Shown here: positions 10,408 through 20,114 of the stretch, one piece after another
Position numbering within the stretch: the stretch's first letter is position 1
Layout: every line of letters starts with the position of its first letter
Assembly (NCBI GenBank): GCA_900617105.1
Contig: UYFQ01000177.1
Location: forward strand, 1 to 64,000
Origin: Hydrurus foetidus
Taxonomy: Eukaryota
Reading direction: 5' to 3'
DNA length: 64,000 nt
The notes under the pieces: generated by a model
The model's input: the letters and a program-made list of their open reading frames with translations, nothing else
The model's database searches: none
What the model was told of the DNA's origin: nothing
Position numbers and translations under genes: made by a program

Positions 10408-11976
10408 ATGTTAGACGACACCCTCAAATCCCAGCTCGGCGCCTACCTCGAACGCGTGACGCTACCGATCGAGATCGTGGCGTCCCTCGGTGACGACGAC
10501 AACTCGGTGGAAATGCGCGACCTGTTGCAAACCATCCAAAGCCTGCGCGCTGACAAGATCACCGTGGCCTACGACGGCCACGACGCCCGCAAGCCCTCGT
10601 TCAGTCTTAAGCGCGCTGGCACTGCCACCAGCCTGCGCTTTGCCGGCCTGCCGCTTGGCCACGAATTCACCTCGCTGGTGCTGGCGCTGCTGTGGAGCGG
10701 TGGCCACCCGCCCAAGGTGGAGCAAGACGTGATCGACCAGATCAAAGCCTTGTCGTCTGCGGATGGCGGCGACTTCAACTTCGAGGTCTACATGAGCCTG
10801 ACCTGCCACAACTGCCCGGACGTGGTGCAGGCGCTGAGCCTCATGGCCATCCTGAACCCCAAGGTCAAGACCACCGTCATCGAAGGCGGCGCCTTCCAGG
10901 CGGAAGTGAATGCGCGCGAAATCATGGCCGTGCCGATTGTGTTTCTCAATGGCCAGGTGTTCGGCTCGGGACGCATGCTGGTCGAAGAAATCGTGGCCAA
11001 GCTGGACACCGGCGCCGCCGACAAAGACGCGGCCAAGCTGTCCGCCAAAGACCCGTACGACGTGCTCATCATTGGCGGTGGTCCTGCTGGCGCAGCCGCT
11101 GCGGTGTACGCCGCCCGCAAAGGCATCCGCGTGGGTGTGGCGGCCGAGCGCTTTGGCGGCCAGACCAACGACACCATGGCCATCGAGAATTACATCTCGG
11201 TGCAGGAAACCGACGGCCCCAAGTTCGCGGCGGCACTGGAAGCGCAAACGCGTTCCTACGGTGTGGACATCATGAACCTGCAGAGCGCCGACAGCATCGT
11301 GCCCGCGGCGCAGCCCGGTGGCCTGATTGAGGTGAAGCTGGCCAATGGGGGTTCGCTCAAATCCAAGACCGTGATTCTGTCCACCGGCGCGCGCTGGCGC
11401 AATGTGAACGTGCCCGGTGAACAAGAGTACAAAAACAAGGGCGTAGCTTATTGCCCGCACTGCGATGGCCCCTTGTTCAAGGGCAAGCGCACCGCGGTGA
11501 TTGGCGGCGGCAACTCGGGCATCGAAGCGGCCATTGATCTGGCCGGCCTGGTGTCCCACGTCACTGTGGTCGAGTTTGCGGACCAGCTCAAGGCCGACGC
11601 CGTGCTGGTGAAAAAGCTCAACAGCCTGCCCAACGTGACCGTGCACACCAATGCACAAACCACCGAAATCACCGGTGCGGACGGCAAGGTGAATGGCTTG
11701 AAATACAAAGACCGCGCTACTGGCGCGGAACACCACGTAGAGCTGGAAGGCGTGTTCGTGCAGATCGGCCTGGTGCCCAACACCGAATGGCTCAAGGGCA
11801 CGATTGAGCTGAGCAAGTTCGGCGAAATCATCGTGGACGCCAAAGGCCACACCAACCTGCCTGGCGTGTTTGCGGCGGGCGACTGCACCACCGTGCCGTT
11901 TAAGCAAATCGTGATTGCGGCGGGCGATGGATCAAAGGCGGCGCTGAGTGCGTTTGACCACTTGATTCGCCACTGA
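10408..11976 (+). CDS. ahpF: Alkyl hydroperoxide reductase F
   Basis: CHNCPDV N-terminal domain, GGGPAG, CPHCDG, GGGNSG. Confidence 0.97.
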   Translation: MLDDTLKSQLGAYLERVTLPIEIVASLGDDDNSVEMRDLLQTIQSLRADKITVAYDGHDARKPSFSLKRAGTATSLRFAGLPLGHEFTSLVLALLWSGGHPPKVEQDVIDQIKALSSADGGDFNFEVYMSLTCHNCPDVVQALSLMAILNPKVKTTVIEGGAFQAEVNAREIMAVPIVFLNGQVFGSGRMLVEEIVAKLDTGAADKDAAKLSAKDPYDVLIIGGGPAGAAAAVYAARKGIRVGVAAERFGGQTNDTMAIENYISVQETDGPKFAAALEAQTRSYGVDIMNLQSADSIVPAAQPGGLIEVKLANGGSLKSKTVILSTGARWRNVNVPGEQEYKNKGVAYCPHCDGPLFKGKRTAVIGGGNSGIEAAIDLAGLVSHVTVVEFADQLKADAVLVKKLNSLPNVTVHTNAQTTEITGADGKVNGLKYKDRATGAEHHVELEGVFVQIGLVPNTEWLKGTIELSKFGEIIVDAKGHTNLPGVFAAGDCTTVPFKQIVIAAGDGSKAALSAFDHLIRH

Positions 11977-11992
11977 TGCATACGCCAATATC

Positions 11993-12018
11993 CCGTTCGC
12001 GCTGAGCCTGTCGAAGCG
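11993..12018 (+). repeat. REP-like element (CCGTTCGxGCTGAGCCTGTCGAAGC type)
   Basis: CCGTTCGCGCTGAGCCTGTCGAAGCG just after the ahpF stop; related arms at 39384-39418. Confidence 0.65.
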
Positions 12019-12044
12019 CTTGGTGTGAATGAGAAAGGGCGCTG

Positions 12045-12087
12045 CGGCGCCCATTCTCATTGCGCGAGCAGCTATTGTTTTTGTAGC
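12045..12087 (+). repeat. Dispersed 43-bp repeat core
   Basis: CGGC-gcccattctcattgcgcgagca-GCTA-ttgtttttg-TAGC. Confidence 0.75.
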
Positions 12088-12110
12088 GTAATGATTGATT
12101 AACCCTCACG

Positions 12111-12485
12111 ATGAAGCGCCTTCTCGCCTCAATATCAATATTCCTTTCTTTGGCGGTTTCTGCCAGCGAGTGCCCGGGAGGTGCTCCGTCGACGGAGGGC
12201 TGTCAGAAACTCCTCTTGCCCCTTGAGAGGCGACTGGCTGCGGCAGAAAAGGCGGCAGAACTCAAACTGTCAGAGTCCCTTCGCGACAATGGACCGGAAT
12301 ACGTGGGCGAAGCGGTGAAGGCGCTGCGCGAGAGCAATCGAGCTTGGCGAAAGCTCAGAGATTCGGAATGCTGGTATCAGGCGCTCAAAGACGGAATGAG
12401 CATGTCTCCGGACTACGCAAGTCCCGTTGCGGCTGCGTGTAAGGTTGATCGCACTCGGGATCGCATTTCATGGATGGTCAAATGA
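12111..12485 (+). CDS. Secreted DUF1311/LprI-like protein (cassette 1)
   Basis: Signal peptide; SNRAWRKLRDSEC...AACKVDRTRDRI pattern of DUF1311. Confidence 0.7.
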   Translation: MKRLLASISIFLSLAVSASECPGGAPSTEGCQKLLLPLERRLAAAEKAAELKLSESLRDNGPEYVGEAVKALRESNRAWRKLRDSECWYQALKDGMSMSPDYASPVAAACKVDRTRDRISWMVK

Positions 12486-12486
12486 G

Positions 12487-12532
12487 GGCTAACAGGTGCG
12501 CCGTTGTGGTCCACGCATGGCCGACGTTAAAC
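12487..12532 (+). mobile_element. attC site, shortened or degenerate
   Basis: GGCTAAC...GCCGAC-GTTAAAC; only 46 bp long. Confidence 0.6.
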
Positions 12533-12551
12533 AGCTGCAGCTCCTTGCAGC

Positions 12552-12579
12552 TTGACTTGTGGCGAACGATAAATACAAT
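12552..12579 (+). promoter_or_regulatory. Sigma70 promoter of the brnTA cassette
   Basis: TTGACT-N16-TACAAT, 6 nt before ATG 12586. Confidence 0.65.
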
Positions 12580-12585
12580 GTATGT

Positions 12586-12873
12586 ATGATTAAGTTCGAA
12601 TGGGATGAGCCCAAAGCCATTGCGAATCTCAAAAAGCATCAGGTGTCTTTTGAGGAAGCGAAATCTATTTTCTTCGATGAATTTGGCGTTCAGTTCTTCG
12701 ATGAGGAACATTCATCCGACGAGGAGCGCTTCCTGATGCTTGGTATGAGCACTGGCGCAAAGCTCCTCATCGTCTGTCATTGCGAGCGGGAGCATGGTGC
12801 AGTTATTCGCATCATCTCTGCACGCAAGGCGACCAAGCGCGAAGGCGCGTTTTACCGAGGTGGACAACCATGA
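12586..12873 (+). CDS. brnT: BrnT-family toxin (DUF497)
   Basis: FEWDEPKAIANLKKHQVSFEEA...EERF...IRIISARKAT. Confidence 0.92.
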   Translation: MIKFEWDEPKAIANLKKHQVSFEEAKSIFFDEFGVQFFDEEHSSDEERFLMLGMSTGAKLLIVCHCEREHGAVIRIISARKATKREGAFYRGGQP

Positions 12874-13094
12874 AAGCAGAGTACGACCTTTCCAAACTGA
12901 AGTCTCGCAAGAACCCATATGCGTCTAAGCTAAAGAAGCCTGTGACCATGCGCCTTTCTGAGGACGTTGTGGACTATTTCAAGGGAATGGCCGATGAATC
13001 CGGTGTCCCCTATCAAAGTCTAATTAATTTGTACCTGCGCGACTGTCTTGCCAATAGTCGGAAAGTGCAAATCAACTGGCCACATGCTGCTTAA
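12870..13094 (+). CDS. brnA: BrnA/CopG-like antitoxin
   Basis: MKAEYDLS...KPVTMRLSEDVVDYFK...PYQSLINLYL; ATGA overlap with the toxin. Confidence 0.9.
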   Translation: MKAEYDLSKLKSRKNPYASKLKKPVTMRLSEDVVDYFKGMADESGVPYQSLINLYLRDCLANSRKVQINWPHAA

Positions 13095-13175
13095 CAAGTT
13101 GTTCGTCACGGACATGCTGCAGCAGGTTGCCGCTTCGCGGCGTGTGCTGCCCGCCTTACAACGCCGACGTTAGCG
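13089..13175 (+). mobile_element. attC site
   Basis: GCTTAAC overlapping the stop codon, imperfect palindrome (GCAGCA..GCCGC-ttc-GCGGC..TGCTGC), ends GTTAGCG; 87 bp. Confidence 0.8.
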
Positions 13176-13201
13176 CGTATCCATTGACCTTCCTTCCACA
13201 C

Positions 13202-13633
13202 ATGACACTCGCCGTTAGCCCTATCGTTGATGCGTCGCCGCTCACACTCGGCCGCATCGTCGTGCTCGTCCGCGAGTATGACGAGGCGCTCGCCTTTTAC
13301 CGCGCGGCGTTTGGCGCGACCGTGCTGTTCGACGCCCCGAACGCATCGGGGGGGCGGTACCTGCACCTTGGTTTTGGTGGCGTGCCAGGGGTCGGAGTTT
13401 GGTTGATGCAGGCGGGCGAAGCGGACATGGGACGCGTCGGCCAGCAGACAGGTGGTGAGCCGCTGGCAGTGTTCTACACACCCGACGTCCGCGCGGCGCT
13501 CGCGCGGGCCAAGACCGCAGGTGGCGCCGTCGTGCGGCCGCTCGAAACGGCCGACGGCGCGCGATTCGCGCACGTGGCAGACCTCTACGGCAATGTGTTC
13601 CTGCTCGTCGAGCTCGCGCGCGCTGCGCCCTAA
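13202..13633 (+). CDS. VOC/glyoxalase family protein (cassette 3)
   Basis: LVREYDEALAFY...VGQQTGG...DLYGNVFLLVE. Confidence 0.85.
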   Translation: MTLAVSPIVDASPLTLGRIVVLVREYDEALAFYRAAFGATVLFDAPNASGGRYLHLGFGGVPGVGVWLMQAGEADMGRVGQQTGGEPLAVFYTPDVRAALARAKTAGGAVVRPLETADGARFAHVADLYGNVFLLVELARAAP

Positions 13634-13650
13634 CGAATCGTTGCCGCTGA
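13628..13650 (+). mobile_element. Truncated attC (left arm only)
   Basis: CCCTAACGAATCGTTGCCGCTGA overlapping the stop codon; no matching right arm. Confidence 0.55.
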
Positions 13651-13682
13651 CAAAGGCGCGAAATGTTGCCCACGGCGGCATT

Positions 13683-13806
13683 GAGCAAATCATCCCTGGG
13701 CAGCTTCGCCTTCGCACTGAACTACCGAGTCGATCATGAATTCGACCTCAAACCCTTGGACGCCCGGTTCAAGAACAATGAAGTCGGTGCCAGCGCCTAC
13801 GATCCC
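13683..13806 (+). pseudogene. IS1182-family transposase N-terminal remnant
   Basis: EQIIPG/SFAFALNYRVDHEFDLKPLDARFKNNEVGASAYDP with one frameshift; truncated on both sides. Confidence 0.65.
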
Positions 13807-13966
13807 TCTTCCACGGCGCGTTAGTTCAGAGACACAGGGGTGGAAGGAAATGTTCTTCCTGGATCCGGGCGCACTGCTGCAAGCTGGCGCCAGACCTCTC
13901 TAGAGGCAGCCCCTCGTTGGAGGACAATGCGCGACTGCTTAGTCTCTTTCTCAGTTCTTCATCCCC

Positions 13967-14944
13967 GTGCCCGTCCGTATCTACCTAGCCCCCATGGAGG
14001 GGCTCCTTGACTTTGTCCTGCGTGACATCCTGACCCGCGTGGGCGGGGTGGAGAAGTGCGTGTCGGAGTTCATCCGCATAACCCACTCGTTAATGTCAGA
14101 GAAAGCGTTTCTGCGCACGGTGCCCGAGCTGGCGCATGGCGCGCGCACCTTTGCGGGCGTGCCCGTGTGGCCGCAGTTGCTGGGGTCGGATGCGGTGTGC
14201 CTGGCCGAGAACGCGGCGCGGCTGGCGGAGATGGGCTCGCCCGGCATTGACCTGAACTTTGGCTGCCCAGCCAAGGTAGTGAATCGGCATGGCGGCGGCG
14301 CCACGCTGCTGCAGGACCCCGAAATTCTGCGCACCATCGTTGCCGCTGTGCGTGCGGCAGTGCCCGCGCACATTCCCGTCACAGCCAAAATGCGCCTAGG
14401 CTTCAACGACGACAGCCTGGCGCTGGACTGCGCGAGGGCACTGGAGGCCGGCGGCGCGGCCGAGATCGTGGTGCACGCGCGCACCAAGGCGCAGGGCTAC
14501 CGCCCGCCCGCCTATTGGGGCCGCGTGGCTGACGTGCGCGAAGCAGTGCGCGTGCCGGTGGCGGTAAACGGTGAAATTTGGACTGTGGAAGACGCACAGG
14601 CCGCCGTGGCGCAGAGCGGTTGCCACATCGTCATGCTGGGCCGTGGCATCGTGGCGCGCCCCGCATTGGCGCGCAGTGTGCTGGCCGCCTTGGGCACGGT
14701 GCCGGGCAGCATCGCCCAGCCTGGCGACGACTGGAGCTGGGAACAAATGGGCCCGCTGATGCACGCCTTTTGGCAAGTGACCAGCACGCAGCTGGAAAAA
14801 AAGCAGCAGGCCGGGCGCGTGAAACAATGGCTTAACTTGCTGCGCCGCCATTACCCGCAGGCGCAGACGGCGTTTGACGAGATGCGCACCTTGGTCAACC
14901 CCAGCGATGTGGAAGCCTGGATGCAGGCTTCTATCCCGGTTTAG
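13967..14944 (+). CDS. dusC: tRNA-dihydrouridine synthase C
   Basis: LAPMEG, CVSEFIR, QLLGS, DLNFGCPAKVVNRHGGGA, VHARTK, NGEIW. Confidence 0.92.
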   Translation: MPVRIYLAPMEGLLDFVLRDILTRVGGVEKCVSEFIRITHSLMSEKAFLRTVPELAHGARTFAGVPVWPQLLGSDAVCLAENAARLAEMGSPGIDLNFGCPAKVVNRHGGGATLLQDPEILRTIVAAVRAAVPAHIPVTAKMRLGFNDDSLALDCARALEAGGAAEIVVHARTKAQGYRPPAYWGRVADVREAVRVPVAVNGEIWTVEDAQAAVAQSGCHIVMLGRGIVARPALARSVLAALGTVPGSIAQPGDDWSWEQMGPLMHAFWQVTSTQLEKKQQAGRVKQWLNLLRRHYPQAQTAFDEMRTLVNPSDVEAWMQASIPV

Positions 14945-14960
14945 AAGTGAAATTGGCCTC

Positions 14961-15003
14961 TAGCCCTTGTTGGTATTGCGCCAGCAGCTCCTGAATTAGT
15001 AGC
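14961..15003 (+). repeat. Dispersed 43-bp repeat core
   Basis: TAGC-ccttgttggtattgcgccagca-GCTC-ctgaattag-TAGC. Confidence 0.85.
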
Positions 15004-15018
15004 AAGCGGCGTTGGGCG

Positions 15019-15873
15019 TTAAGCCCACAAACTCTCCAAACCTTCCACTGGCACAAAGCGCCGCTCGCGTATGGCCAGCCGCGTGGGGCCGGGCAGGGCG
15101 CGTGCGGGCACCGAGTGCTGTGGGTCGCCGGGGTAGCAGAGGATGGTCTCGCCGTCTTGTGTGAAGTTCTCCGGGCAGATGCAGGGTGGCGGCTGTTGTC
15201 GCGCTGCCTGCAGCGCCTCGGCGGCGCTGGCGTAGCGCGCCAGATGGGCCAGGCTCATGATCTGCGGCGGGGCCATTTCAATCTCGCCGCGGTGGTAGCG
15301 CAGCAGCGCTTCTTTGGGGGCGAGCCAGATGCTGGCCGTGGTCTCGAAGTTGTCGTGGCTGGCTTCCTGGTCGGTGGGGGCCAGCGCCAAAAAGAAGCGG
15401 GTGTCGAAGCGTTTTCTGCTCAGAGCCGCCATGCGGGGCGTGATCCAGCGGCTCCAGGGCACCAGCGCGCTTGCCTGCAGCGCCGCCCCCGATGCGGCCA
15501 CCCAGGCTTGCCAGTCTTCCGGTTGCAGACTTGCGGGGCGCGTGCTGCCAGCGGCCAGCAGCACGCCAGCCTCTTCAAACAGCTCGCGCAGCGCGGCCAC
15601 AAACAGGCCGGCCACCATGGGCTCGCTGAGTTCAGGCTCGTTCAGTTGTCGGGCCAGCGCCTCGGCGGGCACATCCAGCGCAGCGACGGCGGCGGGTGAA
15701 CTGTCATGCGCGTCCAGCTTGCCACCGGGGAACACATAGGCCTCGCCAAAGGTGTCCGACAGGCCACTGCGCTTCATCAAAAACACTTCCAGGCCGTGGG
15801 CGCCATCGCGCAGCAGCACAACGGTGGACGCGTCGCGCGGCGTGCCCATGGCGGGTTCGAGCATGTCGTGCAT
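15019..15873 (-). CDS. NUDIX hydrolase (Nudt19-like)
   Basis: PRDASTVVLLRD, VFPGG, AALRELFEEAGV, WITP...RFDTRFF. Confidence 0.88.
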   Translation of the reverse strand: MHDMLEPAMGTPRDASTVVLLRDGAHGLEVFLMKRSGLSDTFGEAYVFPGGKLDAHDSSPAAVAALDVPAEALARQLNEPELSEPMVAGLFVAALRELFEEAGVLLAAGSTRPASLQPEDWQAWVAASGAALQASALVPWSRWITPRMAALSRKRFDTRFFLALAPTDQEASHDNFETTASIWLAPKEALLRYHRGEIEMAPPQIMSLAHLARYASAAEALQAARQQPPPCICPENFTQDGETILCYPGDPQHSVPARALPGPTRLAIRERRFVPVEGLESLWA

Positions 15874-15992
15874 GGGACTGTCTTTTCTGTTGTGTTTTTT
15901 AGTGAGCAATTGCTTGAATTAAAGTACGTGCAGACGGCAGGGGCCATACGCACAAGCCCTTAGCCACGCATCAACACACTGAGGAGAGAGCA

Positions 15993-16904
15993 ATGAATCT
16001 GGATTTCAAAGGCCGCGTGGCCATTGTGACGGGCGCGGGCGGCGGTTTGGGCCGCCAGCACGCATTGGCCCTGGCCGCGCGCGGCGCCAAGGTGCTGCTG
16101 AATGATTTGGGCGGAGCGCGCGATGGCTCGGGCGGATCGCTGTCTGCGGCCGATGCGGTGGTGGCCGAGATTCGCGCCGCCGGTGGAGAGGCCATTGCCA
16201 ATGGCGCTTCGGTGACCGACTTTGACGCGGTGCAGGCCATGGTGAAGCAGGCGGTAGACGCCTGGGGCCGCGTGGACATTTTGGTGAACAACGCGGGCAT
16301 CCTGCGTGACAAGAGCTTTGCCAAGATGGAAGTCGCCGACTTCCGCCTGGTGGTGGACGTGCACCTGATGGGCGCAGTGCATTGCTGCAAGGCCGTGTGG
16401 CCCTATATGAACGAGCAAAAGTACGGCCGCATCCTGATGACCACATCAAGCTCCGGTCTGTATGGCAACTTTGGCCAGAGCAATTACGGCGCAGCCAAGT
16501 TGGCGCTGGTGGGGCTGATGCAAACCCTGTCGATTGAAGGCGCCAAGAACAACATCCGCGTGAACAGCCTGGCCCCCACGGCTGCCACGCGCATGACCGA
16601 AGACCTGATGCCGCCTGCGGTGCTGCAAGCGCTGAAGCCTGAAGCGGTGGTGCCCGCGATGTTGGTGCTGGTGAGTGAGGATGCGCCCACGCGCACCACG
16701 CTGTGTGCGGGCGCCGGCAGCGTGGAGGCGGCCCACATCACGCTGACCCAAGGCACCTGGATTGGGCTGGATGCGCAAAGCCCGGAGCGCTTGGCCGCCC
16801 AGTTGTCAGAGGCGCTGGACCGTACCGGTGAAGCCGTGCCGCAAAGCGGCGCGGCACAGGGCGCGCAAGAGGTAAGCAGGGCGACTGCGCGACTCACCCG
16901 CTGA
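15993..16904 (+). CDS. SDR oxidoreductase (3-hydroxyacyl-CoA dehydrogenase/MFE-2-like)
   Basis: TGAGGGLG, NNAGILRD, YGNFGQSNYGAAK. Confidence 0.9.
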   Translation: MNLDFKGRVAIVTGAGGGLGRQHALALAARGAKVLLNDLGGARDGSGGSLSAADAVVAEIRAAGGEAIANGASVTDFDAVQAMVKQAVDAWGRVDILVNNAGILRDKSFAKMEVADFRLVVDVHLMGAVHCCKAVWPYMNEQKYGRILMTTSSSGLYGNFGQSNYGAAKLALVGLMQTLSIEGAKNNIRVNSLAPTAATRMTEDLMPPAVLQALKPEAVVPAMLVLVSEDAPTRTTLCAGAGSVEAAHITLTQGTWIGLDAQSPERLAAQLSEALDRTGEAVPQSGAAQGAQEVSRATARLTR

Positions 16905-16910
16905 TTCGGC

Positions 16911-18125
16911 TTACAGCGCGCCTGCTGCGGTGGGCGCAGCCTCCTCGGGCATGCGGGTGGCGCCCGACTGCGCCAAAGCGCGCCGCTCGGCCACGTCCAT
17001 CACGGCGGTGGGGTTGGTCTCCGACACGCTTTTGTGGGCAATGCCCATGCCAAAGCGCGGCTGGAAGGTGTGGTTGGCATCTTTGAGACCCAAAATCTTC
17101 AGTGGTCGGGTCAGCACGGTGCGCAGCCGCAGCACCATGCGCTCCACCTCCTGCGCGTTCTTCACGGCGGAGATCACCACCACAAAGCAGCGCGGGTGGT
17201 ACAGCCCCACCACGTAGCGAAAGCCCACAGCACGCCGGATACGCGCCGTCATGGCCTGCAGGATCTGATGTTCCACGCCATGCCCGGCGGATTCGCCCAG
17301 CTCATACAAGTTACCCAAGTGCAGGCAGACCACCGCGCATTCCCGCTTCAGACGGGCGCTGCGCCAAAAGGCATCGTCCACTTTGGAGACGAGCACCGAG
17401 CCCGTGTGCAGGCCTGTGGCCGGGTCGGTGCTGGGAGCCTTTTTGGTCAGGCGCATCAGTTGCTTGTTGATGCGGTTGCGCTGCACGGTGAGGCCGGTGA
17501 TCAGCAAGAAGTGGCTCAGCGTGCAAAACGCGATCAAGGCCATCAGGGGCCAGCTCAGCGCACCAGGCGACAAGGCTTGCCCAAACATGCCCACCACCAT
17601 GGCCACCAGAAACAGGCAGGCCAGCACCATCCAGCGCGCCAGATCGTCACCCAGCCAGGCCGCACGGATGGTGATGAACAGCCCCACGAGGGCGCCCAGT
17701 GTACTGAGCATGCCGGTGACCAGCAGGGGCGAGGTGCTATGCGGGTCGTCGCCATACAAGACACAGGCAGTCGCCACGACCGCGGTCGCAATGAGGCCCA
17801 GGGACACGAAGACCATGCTGCGGTAGACCGCGCGATCGTCGCGCTTTACCCCCAGCCAGAGGCCCAGGTAGGTCAGCGCCAGCGCACCGCTCAGGGGGGC
17901 CATGCTGACTTTCATGACCGCCATAGTCAGCTCGGGGATCTCGGGAAATAGTTGGCCCGCCAAGCCCGTCATGATCAGGCAACTCCAGCCGGTCAGCAGC
18001 ACAAAGACCAGTGCGCGCCAGGCGCCCACGGTGGGATTGATCAGCAAGTCGGACACGGCCACCATGGCCAGGGTGAGGAACCCTCCCAGCATGCACGACC
18101 AAACAATGAGTTCCGAGGTTTCCAT
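16911..18125 (-). CDS. Multi-TM sensor fused to a degenerate GGDEF domain
   Basis: About 7 hydrophobic helices, then DPATGL and a GGDEF fold with YHPRCF at the signature position. Confidence 0.75.
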   Translation of the reverse strand: METSELIVWSCMLGGFLTLAMVAVSDLLINPTVGAWRALVFVLLTGWSCLIMTGLAGQLFPEIPELTMAVMKVSMAPLSGALALTYLGLWLGVKRDDRAVYRSMVFVSLGLIATAVVATACVLYGDDPHSTSPLLVTGMLSTLGALVGLFITIRAAWLGDDLARWMVLACLFLVAMVVGMFGQALSPGALSWPLMALIAFCTLSHFLLITGLTVQRNRINKQLMRLTKKAPSTDPATGLHTGSVLVSKVDDAFWRSARLKRECAVVCLHLGNLYELGESAGHGVEHQILQAMTARIRRAVGFRYVVGLYHPRCFVVVISAVKNAQEVERMVLRLRTVLTRPLKILGLKDANHTFQPRFGMGIAHKSVSETNPTAVMDVAERRALAQSGATRMPEEAAPTAAGAL

Positions 18126-18208
18126 GGGCGGCATTATTCCACCGGCCAGCAACAAATGGCGGCCTGTGGTACCTTTGCGCCCCACAGAAAGAGGAAGGGC
18201 CCCTAGGC

Positions 18209-19744
18209 ATGGACAGTAAGCAAGTGGCCTTGAGCGCCCTGACAGCACAGCGTTTGCGCGGTATCCGCCGCGGCGTGGAGAAAGAGAGCCTGCGCGCGCT
18301 GCCCAGCGGCATGCTGGCCATGACATCGCACCCCCAGGCCTTGGGTTCGGCGCTGACCCACCCCCATATCACCACCGATTTCAGTGAATCGCAGGTCGAG
18401 CTGATCACCGGCGTGCACGCTGACCCTGACGCCTGCCTCGACGAGCTCACCCAGGTCCAGCAGTTCACCCTGCGCGCCATGGGCGACGAGCGCCTGTGGG
18501 TGTCCAGCATGCCCTGTTGTTTGCCCGAAGACGATGCCATTCCGATTGGCCAGTACGGCAGCTCCAATGTGGGGCAGTCCAAAAGCGTCTACCGCATGGG
18601 CCTGGGCCACCGCTATGGCCGGCGCATGCAAACCATTTCGGGCATCCACTACAACTGGTCGCTGCCCGAAGTGAGCAGCGAGCAGTACTTTGGGCTGATC
18701 CGCAACTTCCGCCGCCACGCCTTTTTGCTGCTTTACCTGTTTGGCGCTTCGCCCGCCGTCTGCTCGTCCTTTGTGGCCGGGCGCCAGCACCAGCTGCAAG
18801 CCTTGAGCAGCGGCACCATGTACCTGCCCTATGCCACTTCGCTGCGCATGGGGCGTTTGGGCTACCAAAGTGATGCGCAATCGTCGCTGGCCGTGAGCTA
18901 CAACAGCCTGGAGGGCTATGCCCACTCGTTGCACGGTGCCCTGACCCAGCCCTATGCACCCTACGAGGCGATTGGCGTGCAGGCTGCAGATGGCAGCTAC
19001 AACCAGTTGGCCACCACTTTGTTGCAGATTGAGAACGAGTTCTACGGCACCATCCGCCCCAAGCGCGTCACCTTCGCGGGTGAGCGCCCGTTGCATGCGC
19101 TGCGCGAGCGCGGTGTGGAGTATGTGGAAGTGCGCCTGATGGACCTGGACCCGTTTGAGGTGGTGGGCATCACCAGCCAGACCATGCGCTTTCTGGATGT
19201 GTTCCTGCTGCACTGCCTGTCGTCCCCCAGTGCGCCCGATACGCCGCAAGAAATTTCCGCCGTGGGGCGCAACCAGCATGCGGTGGCCGAGCGCGGCCGC
19301 GAACCTGGCCTGCAACTGCAGCGTGGTGACGCGATGGTGGAACTGAAGGCCTGGGGCACGGAGCTGTTAGACGGCATGCTGCCCTACGCGCAGGCGCTGG
19401 ATGCGATCCACGGTGGCACCCAATACCAGGACGCCTTGCGCGCAGCAGAACACGGCCTGCAACACCCCGACACTTTGCCCTCGGCCCGCGTGCTGCGCGA
19501 GATCATAGATCGGCATGACGGCTCGTTTGTGTCGTTTGTGCGTGCGCAGTCAGAGCAGACGCGTGCAGCGATGCTGCAGGCCCCTGTGGCAGCCGATGCA
19601 GCGGCCGGGTTTGCCGAAGAGTCACAAGCCTCATGGGACGCGCAGCGCGCGATTGAGGCGGCCGACACCATGCCGTTTGGTGTGTACTTGAAGGAGTACT
19701 TGGCACCGCATCGGTTGCAGGCGCGGGCTACCGAGGCAGCTTAA
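18209..19744 (+). CDS. gshA: Glutamate-cysteine ligase
   Basis: RGVEKESLR, HITTDFSE, QTISGIHYN, ATSLRM, QIENEFYG, YVEVR. Confidence 0.96.
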   Translation: MDSKQVALSALTAQRLRGIRRGVEKESLRALPSGMLAMTSHPQALGSALTHPHITTDFSESQVELITGVHADPDACLDELTQVQQFTLRAMGDERLWVSSMPCCLPEDDAIPIGQYGSSNVGQSKSVYRMGLGHRYGRRMQTISGIHYNWSLPEVSSEQYFGLIRNFRRHAFLLLYLFGASPAVCSSFVAGRQHQLQALSSGTMYLPYATSLRMGRLGYQSDAQSSLAVSYNSLEGYAHSLHGALTQPYAPYEAIGVQAADGSYNQLATTLLQIENEFYGTIRPKRVTFAGERPLHALRERGVEYVEVRLMDLDPFEVVGITSQTMRFLDVFLLHCLSSPSAPDTPQEISAVGRNQHAVAERGREPGLQLQRGDAMVELKAWGTELLDGMLPYAQALDAIHGGTQYQDALRAAEHGLQHPDTLPSARVLREIIDRHDGSFVSFVRAQSEQTRAAMLQAPVAADAAAGFAEESQASWDAQRAIEAADTMPFGVYLKEYLAPHRLQARATEAA

Positions 19745-20114
19745 GCCGTATTCTGCTGCAGCAAGCGCAGCACCAAGGGGTGCTGCACTTTTTTCTGGGT
19801 GCCAATGGCAAAAAAGTGCTGTTGTACACCCTCACACGGGCCTACTCTTTGCACTTTATAGTGCGCCAGAATGTCATCGTGTACCCAGTCCACCGCACAA
19901 AATATTCCCATGCCGCTGGCGCCTAGTGTTTGATATGAGGGTTGGCGGGTGCTGGCTTATCTGTCAGCACCAGGTCAAGCGTCTGCAGCGCCAAGTCTGC
20001 CAACAAAGCTTCAAACGCATTCTGGTTGCAGATCAGCCGCAAGCCCGACTCCCCCACTACAGGCTCCAGCAGTCTGTGCACCACCAGTTTGGGCAGGCTG
20101 TCCGCAATGCCAAT
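19741..20114 (-). pseudogene. nhaR: NhaR-like LysR regulator remnant
   Basis: IGIADSLPKLVVHRLL...LLADLALQTLDLVLTDKPAP and GASGMGIF...GPCEGVQQHFFAIGTQKKVQHPLV; HTH missing, internal deletion. Confidence 0.75.

Larger units (their letters stand above)
12099..13650 (+). mobile_element. Integron gene-cassette array without integrase in the window (CALIN), three cassettes
   Basis: Each cassette start is near-complementary to its own end: TTAACCCTCA/TGAGGGCTAA, TTAAACAGC/GCTGCTTAA, TTAGCGCG/CGCCCTAA. Confidence 0.8.
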
